This document shows, one piece after another, positions 1-31,838 of a stretch of DNA of 64,000 nucleotides. The stretch's first letter is position 1, and each line of letters opens with the position of its first letter. A program made the translations under genes and the position numbers. The notes beneath the pieces were generated by a model, which saw nothing but the letters and a program-made list of their open reading frames with translations, ran no database searches and had not been told where the DNA came from. Location: contig CAVNZM010000011.1 in the NCBI GenBank assembly GCA_963693365.1, positions 2,771,098 to 2,835,097 of the forward strand. Direction: 5' to 3'. Source of the stretch: Amoebidium appalachense (taxonomy: Eukaryota; Protista; Ichthyosporea).

Positions 1-36
1 GGGGGGGGGGGGGGGGGGGCAGGAGGAGGGGGTTAC

Positions 37-5086
<5,050 letters not shown>

Positions 5087-5199
5087 CCTGCACCAAATCC
5101 AAAATTACTCCTTGTGTTCTTTTGTCCCTTATACTGTAAGGCTCTCCTGTGTACGGACTCGGAAGCCTTACGAGAAAAGGCTCAATGCCGGCAGGTTGC

Positions 5200-5670
5200 G
5201 CCTCCGCAGAAAACCTTTCACGAAAAAATAAAATAAAACAAAATAAACATGTATAACATAGCTTTTTTTCTCGTATATTGAACCCAATGATAGTTTACCC
5301 TTCCAAAATCCTGTCTTTAGGTTGCTTCTTCAACGTTGCTGCTATAAGCCTCGGTCCTAGTATAAGATGACTGATGGAAGTGATGCGATTATGACCAATC
5401 GGAACGAACAACAGCTAGCGGTTATTGGTGAAACATTATAATGGCTCTGCAAGTCATCAACGAATCATTTCATGTTTATAAATGTCATTATTTTAACAAA
5501 TACACAATTTATTTTTTAAAGCCTTCTATCAGCTCTTTCATGGTACATATCTTAATGTGGGGCTTACCTTTTGCAAGATCCTCCCCGCACCACAGAGTTT
5601 TTGCAGGCCGTTCAACTTACTTCGTTCGATGGTCAAGTCTTTTGGTGTTGTATCATTGAACTTCAGCGCA
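5200..5670. promoter_or_regulatory. Probable bidirectional promoter between GID4 and the WW gene
   Basis: Start codons are head to head about 590 bp apart. The interval is repeat-free and AT-rich, with CCAAT boxes in both orientations (gaCCAATc ~5395, ATTGG ~5424). Confidence 0.5.
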
Positions 5671-5675
5671 CCAAC

Positions 5676-6847
5676 ATGGATCCCAAAGACCTACCCGGCG
5701 ACCCCCTTCCACCCGGCTGGAAGTGGAACATTGACCATGCGGGCCGCGTATACTACATAAACCCGAGGGGAGACTCGACCTATGCTGACCCACGCCTCCC
5801 ACCGGGATGGGCTTATGAGGTGTTTGAAAAGGTAGGTGGTTTGAAGTTGTAGTGCCAGAGCAAAGAAACTAAAACGGGGTTGAAAACGTAATATTTTCAA
5901 GAAATACAACAATGAGGGAGCCTTTTTTCAGCGTGCATGCGTGTGTGATGTTCGCCTGTGCCGTGCAGTTTTTGATATTCCCAAATGTCTTTGCTTTCTT
6001 CATTTTCTTGCACGAGAACGTATGCCTGTGTGTTGGGTGTGTAGGCGTGTTGATGCGGGTGCCTGCATGTCTGTGTTTGTGTCCCGGGGTGTGTCGGGTG
6101 TGTATGGGTCAGTGTACTTGTGAATGTATTACGAGCTCAAGCCGGTAGAAAGCGTTTAAATCCCCTTCTGTGTGTTTTGATATCGTTCTAATTGCTTTAG
6201 AAAAATGGCGCTTCCGTCTGTCTGATTGAACAAACAAATGCAACTAAGGCTTTTTGAAGATAGACCACTTGGTAAAATTGTTTTGCTGTTTCGACAGCTC
6301 TTTCACGGAAGAAGGTGCGTGTTTTATGAGGGCAAGATTGTTCGCAAGAGGACTCATGACATTGCACCCTTAGTATCACCAGCAACCCACATTCTCACAG
6401 GACATTGCAACCTTACCTAACACCAGCAACCCACATTCTCACAGGATATTGCAACCTTACTAACACCAGCAACCCATAATCTCACAGGGGCAGTATATCT
6501 TCATAAGCCCAACAGGGGAGCGAACCACCCGCGACCCTCGCCTACCTGCAGCTCCATCCCCACAGCCCGCCTTAACCCAGCCACCCCCTCGACCTGCCGC
6601 TGCTGTGCCTCCCGTAATTCTTGCGCAAAACACTTACTATCACACATCAAACTCGTCTCCACCTGTTACACGAACCATTCTCACGGACCAGAGAGGCACG
6701 CTTGTGAATGTGACCGAAACCAGAACATACGAGGACTGGGCCGGGCAGGTGAGGGAGACGGTTAGCTATGGGCCGGGAGGACCGGCTGGGACACATGTGG
6801 TGGTGCAGGGAAGGGATGGTAGTGTTACCAACATCATCATGCGTTAG
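5676..6847 (+). CDS. Small protein (~171 aa) with two tandem WW-like domains and a Pro-rich linker; exons 5676-5831, 6488-6847
   Basis: LPPGWKWNIDHAGRVYYINPRGDSTYADP, then LPPGWAYEVFEK|GQYIFISPTGERTTRDP across a phase-0 gtaggt...ctcacag intron with TACTAAC at 6458. Confidence 0.85.
6357..6487 (+). repeat. ~43-44 bp tandem repeat x3 containing the 3' splice site
   Basis: caccagcaaccca..tctcacag ends at 6400, 6444 and 6487. Confidence 0.9.
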
Positions 6848-7831
6848 TACCGTGGTGTCTTCTTACCGTTGTTGTGCACCTGTAGTTAAGGGTGTAGTAG
6901 GCGTGCATGCACACAAACTTTTTTCCCTAACTTCAGCCTAACTTGACCAACGTTTAATCCATAAAATTATTAGCGCACGGGTAGATTTCCCTTCACAGGT
7001 CTAGGGCCGCCTTGTACTAACATATTGGTCATGATACGTAGTGCTACTTTTGGACAAGATGATCGGTTGAATTTGCAGCTTCACCTATTTGAGTCACGTT
7101 TCCATACTAAAGGTTTCGGGGTTGATCGAGCCCCCCTCCCTCTTTTATGTACAAAACAGCCCCTTCCCCCCTTTCCCCCTCCCTTCCTCCTCTTCTCCCC
7201 GAGTCCCCCTCCCCACTCAGCCTTCACGATGGATACGGACAAAAAGGACAACAGAGAAGGAGAAAAGACGGGGTTGGGGGTGAGGGTCACGGTGGCCGAG
7301 GGAATAAAACAGTGTATAAGAAATCAGATGAACATGTGGAACCATCCCCACCCACCCACCCCTGTGGTTGCCACCACCGTGACACACACACACACACACA
7401 CACACACACCGTGACACACACCGGTCTTAAAAAAAAGAAAGAATAACAAGACTCACATGACGTCACTGTAGGCACATGAACCAATCGAACGGATGCAAAA
7501 TAGATCTATTGCATACCTAAAACTATTCGCCCAATCAGGGCTAGGGTTGTACAGGGTTTTAAATATCTAAGACGTTCAAGTGAACTTTTTGGATTTTTTG
7601 TTCTGGAAATTTCTGATTTTCAGGACGGGGATTCAGAGCGTAACGGCGTAGGGGATAGTTGAATTTGAAATGATGGTGGTGGGGGGGGGGGGGGGGGGGG
7701 GGAGGTAGTTAATATCGATGTCCGCCCTGGTGGTACCCCCTCCCCCCCCCCCTCCAAGGTAGCCGCAGGGGTGGGTGGGTCCCCCCCCCTTTCCGGGGGC
7801 GAGGGACCCACCTGGGTGAGTGGGGTGGTGG

Positions 7832-7872
<41 letters not shown>

Positions 7873-8021
7873 CCCGCCCATGCGCGTGATCATGGTCAGA
7901 ATCACTTTTCTATCCACAAACTTTGTACATGTCGTCCATACTTAATTTCTTCTCTTTTGGAGTAATTGCTCCCGTTTTGGCCACCTATGCACATCCCCCC
8001 CCCCCCCTTCTTCCCCGTGCT

Positions 8022-8052
<31 letters not shown>

Positions 8053-8131
8053 CCTCCCTCCTCCCCCCACGTGCACATACACACACAAGCACCACACAAG
8101 CACCACACGCCCACACTGGCACACACACACG

Positions 8132-8195
<64 letters not shown>

Positions 8196-8619
8196 CACAC
8201 TCACACCAAACACACCCACCCACCCACCCACACACCCACCCACACACACACACACACCGTGACATGTGCACACAAACACATACGCACGCACACACACATT
8301 TACCACCCCTTACTGTTGGTGCCCTTCTTCTTCCGGATGCACACTCATTGTGTGTTCCAAATTGAAAAGTCTACTTTGTGCTGCCCAGGGCAAATGTGTA
8401 CAATAAAAATGCTCCATAACATTTTGGTTGAACGACCCGACTCCCCCCCCCCCCTTCCCCCCCCCTCCCCCTCTCCCCTCCCCCCCGCTCTCCCCCCCCC
8501 CCCCGGCCCCTAATAACACTCACCTCCCCCCCCCCCCCCCCCCCCACCCTGCTAGAGCTCGTTTACCACACAAGTAAATGCATGTGCACATGGGCACGCA
8601 CGCACACACACTCACAACA

Positions 8620-8849
<230 letters not shown>

Positions 8850-9486
8850 CAACGGTCAACTATTATTAAGTTAGTATTGTGGGCAAAGTTATCCGGCTCA
8901 ATATGCAGTGTTCGTGTGCGTATCTGTGTGGCCGGGAATGTATGTGTGTGTGGTGTGGCCGCCGGTGGGTGTATCTGCATGTTCTGTTATGTCGGGTGCT
9001 CATCGCTGGTCAAAGTTTGTGCCCTCGTGTCCGTGTGTGGTACATGCGTGTGCAGGTACGTGTGAACTGAATACGTAAAAGCGTGAGCTGCGTGTGTGCG
9101 CGGCGGGGCGACTGGAGACGAGTTCCAGAGGGGGGCGGGAGGGGGAAGGGGGGGGGGGGGGGGGGGGGGGGGGACAGGGCGGACCAGGCGGGGGAGGGGG
9201 GGGGGGGGGGGGGGGTATGATCTTACGACATAGCCTGAGTTTCAGGTGATCAATAGTGACTTCTATTAGTTAGCCTCAATGTTATTACGGTTTAAAATAC
9301 TATTATATGATCAGTTATCTGGTATAGCCATATAATGCAATGCAGCCTATGAGGTGGGTGGGTCCCCCCTCCCCCCCCTCCCCCTGCTAGCCGGAGAGGT
9401 GGTGGGTCCCCCCCCCCTCGGGGGGGGAGAGGGGGGGGGACCCACCTATCCAAGGGGGTGGGTGGGTCCCCCTCCCCCCCCTCCCC

Positions 9487-9529
<43 letters not shown>

Positions 9530-10181
9530 ACTTAGTAACTAACCCCTCCCCGTTTCAAAATCAAGAATCCCTAGATGAAAAACTGTTCTTCTTTTGAGAG
9601 CTCTTTGTTTGGTTTCTCGGAAGCGTTTTTGGTTTTGGTGTGCTCATAAGGGAAAAGGTGCCTCACCTATTTATTGTTAGGAGCTGCTGTCGACAAATAT
9701 GCCATAATATTCTAGTAAACAGTTGCAGAATTTAGATGCAAGTCCGGTTAGGGGTCAAAAAAACGGGATTAGGGACTAGTGGCAGCTCACGGTACTAACA
9801 ACCCTGTTTTCGGCTCATCTCATTGTTATGTCATGCATGTGCGATGCACTACTACTACTACACGGTGCACCAAGCTTCAGAAAAGCGTGGCGAAGTTTGA
9901 GTCCACTGAGATTCGTGGTTTAACATGTTTTACGAAGCTAGAAGTTAGTGAGTGTGTTTGCCACTATCTGAGCATTTTCCTATGATTGCTTCCATGCCCC
10001 CAGCTCCCGCTCATTTCCCTCCGGCCATCAAAGATCCTTAGCTGTTTATGATAAATTCTCTCTGCCCCACAGGCCACAGCTCGCAGAACGAACAAAAGTC
10101 GTAAGCAGGTCTCGCCGCATTTCTACCTTCCGCTTTACCATCGAAAGCACATTCACCCGTTCTAATCACACAGTAGCAACT

Positions 10182-23648
<13,467 letters not shown>

Positions 23649-23789
23649 ATCTCGGATAAACTTGACCCGAGTGATTGGCTAAAAGGATAAGTTGTGAGGC
23701 TCCTGTGGCCGCTGGCAGTGGTCGAGAGACCCTCCTCCGCTTTTGAAGCACACACTCACTCACTCACATATCCACACACATGCACACGA

Positions 23790-23821
<32 letters not shown>

Positions 23822-23860
23822 AGACACACAGACACACAGACGCACACACACACACACACT

Positions 23861-23907
<47 letters not shown>

Positions 23908-24327
23908 ACGCGCGCGCACAGACAGACACAAACACACACACACACACACACACACACATGCACACGCACACACACACACACAACGGAACGACCTATTGTC
24001 TGTTAGTGGCTAGCCAATCATTGTCCCTGCCTGATCGGAGGACTTACGAGGAGCGTCCCCCCGTCTGTTATTTGTTATGATGGTGGAAGTTTCGAAGGTT
24101 TTCTTTCCTTTTTTTCGCGCGTGTATGTGTGGGTTTGTGGGGCGGGGGGAGGGGGGGGGGGGGGGGGATAGGAGTTCTTTTTAATGTCTGAGATTTCGAA
24201 GGACTTTTTTGTCATGTAATCTATTAAGTAGCTCGTCTCATTGGTTAGATCGAGCTGAGAATCATACATGTATAGGTTGTCGATTGTTTGTGCGTACATG
24301 CACGCGTGCACTGAGGATAGCCTGCAT

Positions 24328-24375
<48 letters not shown>

Positions 24376-25152
24376 CTATAGAACTACACTCACAAGATTC
24401 TCGTATCCTTAAGTCCCCTGCAGCCGGAACCTTTTTTTTCCCTCCCTCTTGCTAAAATTTTTAATGTTTGTTCTTTTAGGAAGAGTTCTTTTAACATTTA
24501 ACTGGTACTTGATCAGTTGACACATTATTTGCGTGAATAGATAGACTAAGATTGTGATGTTGTGATGACATAGCAGCCAGTGTTGCTATAGTGTAACTAG
24601 ATAGTTGCAGTGACTTCTGTAAATGCCCGTTTGTCTGTGATGCGGGCACAGTATTACATAGTCTGTAGTGTAAAGAGCTGTTGTGTAGAGTTGTTGAAGG
24701 GGTCCTGTGCCGCACAGAGGTTGTAATAAAAATCAAGAAGAGGAGAAGAAAGCAAAAAAACATGAGTGTACCGGAAAACTGAACGTTTGTGTTGCAACTC
24801 TCCGACAAAGCCTTTTCTGGATACAGAGTTACGGGTTTGGTCTGATGCCAGGGGGAAAATCGGGTGGGTTGGTTGCGGGGAGGAAGGGAGGCGCGGGCGT
24901 GGGGAGGAAGGGGGGGGGGGGGGGGGGGGGGGGGGTAATCCCAAGTTGAAATTCAACATGTGCAATGCCAATCATTATGACATATAAGCCACCGCATGCA
25001 TATAAAGCCGAGACAAACTACGAGGTACCTGTGTCATTGCTTTTTAAGAATGTCGGCATGCCCTGTGCCTGTGTTTTCATGGTGAAAGGTTGTGAACTGA
25101 ATTTTGAGATTGTCCATTTGAGGGAAAAGAGTGGGGAGGGGGTTCGACGGGG

Positions 25153-25191
<39 letters not shown>

Positions 25192-25233
25192 AGAGGGGGG
25201 GGGGGGGGGGGACGCGGCGGGAGGGGAGGATCG

Positions 25234-25268
<35 letters not shown>

Positions 25269-25909
25269 TGCTGTGGTACATGTGTCACGATGGTCGATGC
25301 GCTCGCACTGTTGATCATCAGTAAACTATGATGTGTGTGCCGTGTACATATGTAACCAGCATGCATATGATGGGGCTTGTGGGGCCCGGGGTATATGCCC
25401 CAGCATGGTGTTTGTGCCACACGTATGCATGTGTATGTATAAATTCAAGTATAAACATGTATTAAGTATATTAAACAAACATGTGCCACAATGACGTATT
25501 ACGTATGTGTATGTGTGTATGCGCATTATGGGTTGGTGCCACGTGTAAGTGCACACTGCACCGGTACCCCACGCACACACCCTCATACCAAGAGACTATT
25601 TTTGTCTGCATGCAATGTGTGGGGGTGTCATGGTGCATTCGTGTCTAATTATTATTAATCTAGTAGTGGGTGATGTGTGTATGCACATACGCAAATCAGG
25701 AGGCCCTATGTTGGGTGGGTGGTGGTGGGGGGGGGGGAGGGGGTGCAGAAGGTTTGGGGGAAGAGGGGCGGGGGAGGGGGGGGGGGGGGGGGGGGGGTTC
25801 GATTGCCACAGTTGTAGACTATTTACTAACCTCCGCGACACAATCAAGACAATATTTTAGCACAATTATTTGCAGATTTATGGTAGTTTAAAATCAATCG
25901 GGCATAAAT

Positions 25910-26020
25910 TAAGTATGCATCTTATTATTCACAAGTAAGCAGACCCCATCCACACGGAGACTTCCGCATGTGCAGGGAGGCCCAACTCATCACAACATAT
26001 GCATCCAAGTTTCGACCACG
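25910..26020 (-). repeat. Reverse-orientation copy of the dispersed repeat with a small hairpin insertion
   Basis: The reverse complement reads ggtcgaaact...tgatgagttgggcctccctg[cacatgcggaagtctccgtgt]ggatggggtctgctta...tgcatactt. Confidence 0.65.
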
Positions 26021-27032
26021 GGGTGGTGTGTGTGTGTGTGTGCGGCGCGTGCGCGCGCCGTGTGTGTGTGTGTGTGTGCCTGTGTGTGTGCGTGCGCGCG
26101 TGTGTGTGTGTGTGTGTGCCGGGGGGGGGGGGGGGGGGGGGGGGGAGGGGTGGGATTCAATAAAATTCTGAAAAAAATTTCAGATGCTGCACTTGCTGCA
26201 TATTATGGCAACACCGAGTTTAAGGTGACCTGAGTCACATCTTTATTCCAAATCCGCTAGACACCATCTAAAACTATACTTGTATGTCTCTAAAATGTTC
26301 AAGAAGAAATCTGCCGTGCATTGGTATCGGCAACATTCTCAAAAACACAAAATGGAAAGAAAACGAGAAAATACATGACGATGAACTAACGATTTAAGCA
26401 ACAACTTGAAACTTCTAACATTGAAACAACGATGCGGTAATAAACTCGCACATCGCACATCGGATGGATATGAAATTCCTAACTTATTTTATTACTTTAC
26501 ATGAAACCGCGCGCATAACGAAAACTCAAAGAGAAAAACTCTTCTATCCCCCACGATAACACAGGCTTTTTCCCCGTCCACATATACAGATTTCCAAAAA
26601 CACAGTGTCATTTCTTCGGAGCTTCGCGGTTTATTTTGGCTGAGGAAGTTCCTCATCAACCATACACAAATACTAAATGTTGTTCAAATAACACAGTAAC
26701 CTAAATAAAGCCGTCCTTTCGTACAGGTTTACGTCATCCCCCCCCCCCTCCCCCCCCCCCCCCCCCCCACATCCCACCCCCAAAATACACACACCCAGCT
26801 CCACCCTACCCCCTCCCCTTCACCTCCCCTCCCCCCCCCCCCCAAAAAAAAAAATAAAAAATAAAAAATAATAACAATAAAAAAATAAAAAATAGTAATA
26901 ATAATAAAAGGGACAGAAAAAGAAAGAAAAAAAAGAGGATCCAATGAAAAGATTCGCGCTCCGTCAGTCAACCACTCGTAACAATTGACGTCATAGTCTC
27001 AGTTGCAAAGTGTTACCATATGGGAAATAGTT

Positions 27033-28019
27033 TTAACACACAAGTGTAGTTGCCTCTGCCGCCTTAGCAACCGTGGCCCTTGGAGCCTTCTGGCCCGCAA
27101 ACACCAAACCCGACCCGATTGAAGACCCGCTGGCCCGTCTCGGTTCAACCGGTACCACTACTGTGTGCACACCAGCATCCTCCAACCCCCCCTTGACTGT
27201 CATTTCAATCTCCACATGTGCCTTCCCATCATCACTCTCCGTGTCTGACTCATCTCTACCCGTAGATACAAATATGGAAACAGACGACTCCTCCTCATTT
27301 GCACTGGGAGGCACATTCAAAGATGCCCCCCCACGGGCCCTTGCAGACCGGCCCGAACCAGCGCTTCTTGAAGATGAGGTTTTTTCCATGCCGAGACTGC
27401 GCGCAATGCTATCACGCGGGGTGGTGGCCGGACTATTTGCATGAGCATTATGCAAAGATGGAACGGTCAACATTTCTGTGGTTTGTTTTGGTGGCCGCCC
27501 TGGGGGTTGTGGGGTTCCCATGGGACTAACTAGACCCATGGACATGCGCGGGCGGTCAGGTAATGGGAGACTAGTTGCACTCGATGTCATGGCCCCACTT
27601 GGCCCGGTATGTGTTGCCCATAAATGGTTAAAATCCTCATGGTTAACCTCGAGCCGCCCGCGGAAATTCACCAGTGCGCGCAGTGAAAGATTGTACATGT
27701 GGTGCCCTTTGGTGATGTCGCAGTATCTGGAAGGGGCTCCATCATAGTGGATCTCAAGCTGTCGAACTAGAACATTGCAGTGAAAGTGAAAGTACGTATC
27801 ACCAACCTGCTTGAACGCCGGGCCATTTTCAGTTTCTACTCTCCGCAACAGTTTTAGCGTGTAGTATTTATCCTTTAGCGGATCGTACGAACCCCGTGGC
27901 CGGCGGAAAGAGGGAGGTTTAGCCTTCCCGGTCGGGAAAATAGCACTCTTTGAGCTGTAAGCGGAGGAACTGGATGTGGTTGAGCGAATGGAGGGGCGAG
28001 CTGATATGTCGGGGGGCAT
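27033..28019 (-). CDS. Intronless hypothetical protein (~328 aa): Ser/Pro-rich disordered flanks around a ~90-aa globular core
   Basis: 987-nt repeat-free ORF from ATG CCC CCC (MPPDIS), with a plausible 5'UTR acceptor (cttgcag) just upstream. The core is YYTLKLLRR...YFHFHCNVLVRQLEIHYDG...EVNHEDFNHLW. Confidence 0.75.
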   Translation of the reverse strand: MPPDISARPSIRSTTSSSSAYSSKSAIFPTGKAKPPSFRRPRGSYDPLKDKYYTLKLLRRVETENGPAFKQVGDTYFHFHCNVLVRQLEIHYDGAPSRYCDITKGHHMYNLSLRALVNFRGRLEVNHEDFNHLWATHTGPSGAMTSSATSLPLPDRPRMSMGLVSPMGTPQPPGRPPKQTTEMLTVPSLHNAHANSPATTPRDSIARSLGMEKTSSSRSAGSGRSARARGGASLNVPPSANEEESSVSIFVSTGRDESDTESDDGKAHVEIEMTVKGGLEDAGVHTVVVPVEPRRASGSSIGSGLVFAGQKAPRATVAKAAEATTLVC

Positions 28020-30492
28020 TCTCAATGCTCGCTGCAAGTAGAACAAGAGAGGGAAAAGGTCGCCGGACGATGATCTAAACTAAGAAATCACCAACTCTGC
28101 AACGCTGTGATTGTAATTGTCCTGATCACTAAGGTGCTATACTGCATAGTATAGCCCGCATGACCCTTCTAACAGATGCCAGTGCTGATTGTTTTAGGAC
28201 TGTTTCCTTCAACCCTAACCCATGGCAGGCTATTTATTGCTTCGCTGAATACGTACAAACGCGAGCCCACAGTGAACCCATTAGTGATTACGTGCACAAG
28301 GCCTCTCACGTGGTGCACTCTCTTCCCAAGTCTATCTCGCTGACAACAAACTGATTCACCCTGGGAATCGGTTGGGTCAAATCGTCAACTATCGTGTTGG
28401 GTAAGAATTATCGGGTGAAATAGTGGTGGTGCAGGGGTAGAACAGCGTGTGTGTGTGTGTTCTGTGTATGAAGGTGGTTGTGTCGACATAAGTGTTCAAC
28501 TCCCCCAGAAACGCCGTTCTCCTTCGTGAAGCACCCTTATCTTGACAGCTGGGGGCGGCTGACACCCGGAGAGGGGCAAATTTGTTTATAATTTAATTCC
28601 TTTTTTTAGTTTACATTCGATGTTTCGCAGTGCACCAGAGCCAGCAAGAACAACTGTAACTAAATTTATTTCATATAATATTTGATATAGTTATTTAGCT
28701 AGACTTTTACCATTTTGACATGGTAATTGAAAGGTGAAAAATAAATGACGACATTGTTAGAAAACTTCAACAACCAATTCAGTTCAGTATGGTGAATCTA
28801 TTACACCCCTCCGAGTCTCAGCAATCGCTACCAATCAAATAAGCAGATCTATCGATTATTATTAGATCTCCGACTGGTTACTTCCGATTGGTAGATAGCG
28901 CACCATATGTATTGGCTCGTGGTTGCCAACGTTTAGGAAAGATCACTGATAAAACGCCTTCGAACGCTTCTATAAGAGTGGAAGGCGCCCTAATAAGCCA
29001 TTTTCTACTTCTTCTTATTTTCTTACCTTAGTATAAAAATGGCCATTTGAGTATACATAACAAACTGGAATTGTGTATATGGCCAAACCGACCCTGCGGA
29101 ACAAGTACATCAATTAAGTCAGCAATGTTGTATATGTGCCCATAAAATCAGCGTTGTGCCCACACGTTTTTGAGTCACGCCTCCACGTCCAGGGGTGTGC
29201 GAACAACGAAGCATTCGCGTGACCTGGGAAGGGCCAAGCTCTGCACAACGCACAGTAGCGCGTTGTGCCTTGTGGTGTTTCTTGCAGAGTCTATCTATGC
29301 CCCTGCGTACTGCACACATGGTTGCACGATTGATGCCATGTGACATCATGACTGGCTGGATGCGCATACGCACAGTGTAGTCTTTACATGTGCACGTGTA
29401 CGTAAACTACGCATAGGTAGATCACGTTGTTCGCCTTTGCCAAGGTGCATGCAACGCACATACATGTGCGTTAATAATGTATTAATGACGATGTGTAATC
29501 AACTGTCTATGTCAACATCAACAGGGCCTTGTTCCGGCCTGTTATAATTACATTTGACCCGTTTCGAGCGGAAAACACAAATGGGCACAGGCATATATTT
29601 TTAACAACAGACAGTACGATGCATGTACGTACAGCTACGAAAGGGGCCCCTACGTATGATACGGATACGATGGCGCAACGGTTGTCATATTCGCAACCAA
29701 AAGCCGTAACACGGATGCAGTAAGCGAAGGCAATATCACGTTAAAAATAGTCTGCCTTACACAATGTATGTACATACATGTACATTTGTTACACATTCAC
29801 AGCTTCCAAGTGTCACGCCCGATGAATAAGGCAAGTCTCTGTTCACGCATATATGTCACCGAGTTTCCCGGGAGATGACAAGCGTGTGAGTCCTGTTGAA
29901 GCTGTCAGCCAAATTGAAAACGAGACGATACCACGATCCCCATTCAGGGGGCAATCACGTGAACGACTCATCCAAACAGGGGAAACGATGATGCGGGTGT
30001 TGGGAGAGGGAAAGGGTGGGGAATATAAGGAAAATCAGTGGGCAGACTGTCTTAGTTTTTCTTCGCTCACAGACTGAGCTCCCCGCTAGGAAAAACCAAG
30101 GTTGGTGGTGAGGTTTTATAATCAATTTCCCGTTCAAACTCGGTTGTTTTCCTTCTACGAAAAGCACAAAGAAGCTGATATACTGCTGAGGCTCTGAGAC
30201 TTGTTAGGTCGTCTGCAAAGTTTTCAAGTTTCTCCCCAAATTTATCGTGCTGCCTATTTCTTTTTTTGGCCTGACCCTTTGTCCGAGTGTCTGGGGCTCT
30301 TTCTTTCTTTCTGTTTACTATGGAGTCAACATATAATATATCTCTGCCGCATAGAATGTCTCCCCGCCCTCCCGCCCCCCTCCTCCTCCCTCCTCCTCCC
30401 CCTCCCCCCCCCTCCCCCCTCCTCCCCCCCCCCCCCCCCCCCCCGGGGGCCCTCTTCTGTGTGTACCCCCAACCTCCCCCTCCCCCCCTCTT

Positions 30493-30575
<83 letters not shown>

Positions 30576-31122
30576 CTCCCTCTTCCTCTCAATTCCAGGT
30601 CTCTCGTCCCCCTCCCCCCTCCCCCCCCCCCCCCCCCCCCCCCCCGTGTGCCCCACTCTCTCTGACAAAATCAAAATCTGGTTTGTTTATAAGCTAATTC
30701 TCTCCGTGGTGCTCTCCGAAAAAACCCCTCTTTCCCTTCTCCATCCCCCCCCCCCCCCCCCCTCCTCCCCCCCTTCCGCCCCATTTTACGTTCTCTCACC
30801 CTCAAATTTGTGAGATAACTACGAGCACTAATTTTCGGGTCGACTGCATTGAGAGTTTTTTGAAATGAACGTTTTTCGGTGTGTGGGTCAAGAGTAACAG
30901 GACTTGTGAAAGAAAATACCCCTGTGGAAGATAGAACTACTTTGAATTTTTTTTATTCCTCTAATATGAGACACGTGTCCGAATAGATCCCCAAATATTA
31001 ATATTACAGCTCTTTGCAAACCCACTCAACCCCTTTTGCAAAATCATTTAGCCCTCTGCTATGCTCCTCCGATTTTCATCCAACAGTTAAATTAGGACCC
31101 TCGTATTCAACTCACTGTAGAG

Positions 31123-31171
<49 letters not shown>

Positions 31172-31224
31172 ACCCCCCCCCACCCCCCCCCCCCCCCCCC
31201 CCTTTCCACCCCCCCCCCCCCCCC

Positions 31225-31256
<32 letters not shown>

Positions 31257-31838
31257 TGAACATTTTGGGATATTCTGTTCGTTATTGGTTTCTGTTTTGT
31301 CCCGGAAGTTTATGACAGTCGAACTCCTCTCTCTTTTCCCAGAGTAGATTCCTACCTCATAGTGAGGGCACGTGCACATCCGCCAAAAAGCACAACACAC
31401 TCTGGGAGAGTCTCGGTTTGCATTTTCTTCATGTCGGTGCACACATTCTCGCACTGCTCCTGACACTCCCCCCCCCCCCCCCCCTCCCCCCCCCCCCTTC
31501 CCCCCCTTCTCCCCCCCCCCCCCCCCCACCACCACCACCACCACCACCACACACACATACACACCAATGCCAGCTACCCCACACACACATCGATGCATGC
31601 TACCGGTTAATTTCCTGGCCGCTCTTCTCTTCTCACCCTCACCCTACAGATACACACACGAGTCACACACGCCAACTGAAGCACGCATACACCATCACAA
31701 AAACCAGCTATGACACGCGCACACGCGCGCACATACGCGCATACGCACGCACACGCACATGCGCACGCACACGCACACACACGCACACACGTACACACAC
31801 GTCGCTATGAACACGAACACAACACAGACACCAGCACC

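Noticed and set aside
9745-9775. Telomeric TTAGGG words
   Set aside because: Only two isolated hexamers, not an array.
27073-27747. Plus-strand ORFs overlapping the orphan gene
   Set aside because: Antisense shadows of the longer minus-strand ORF.
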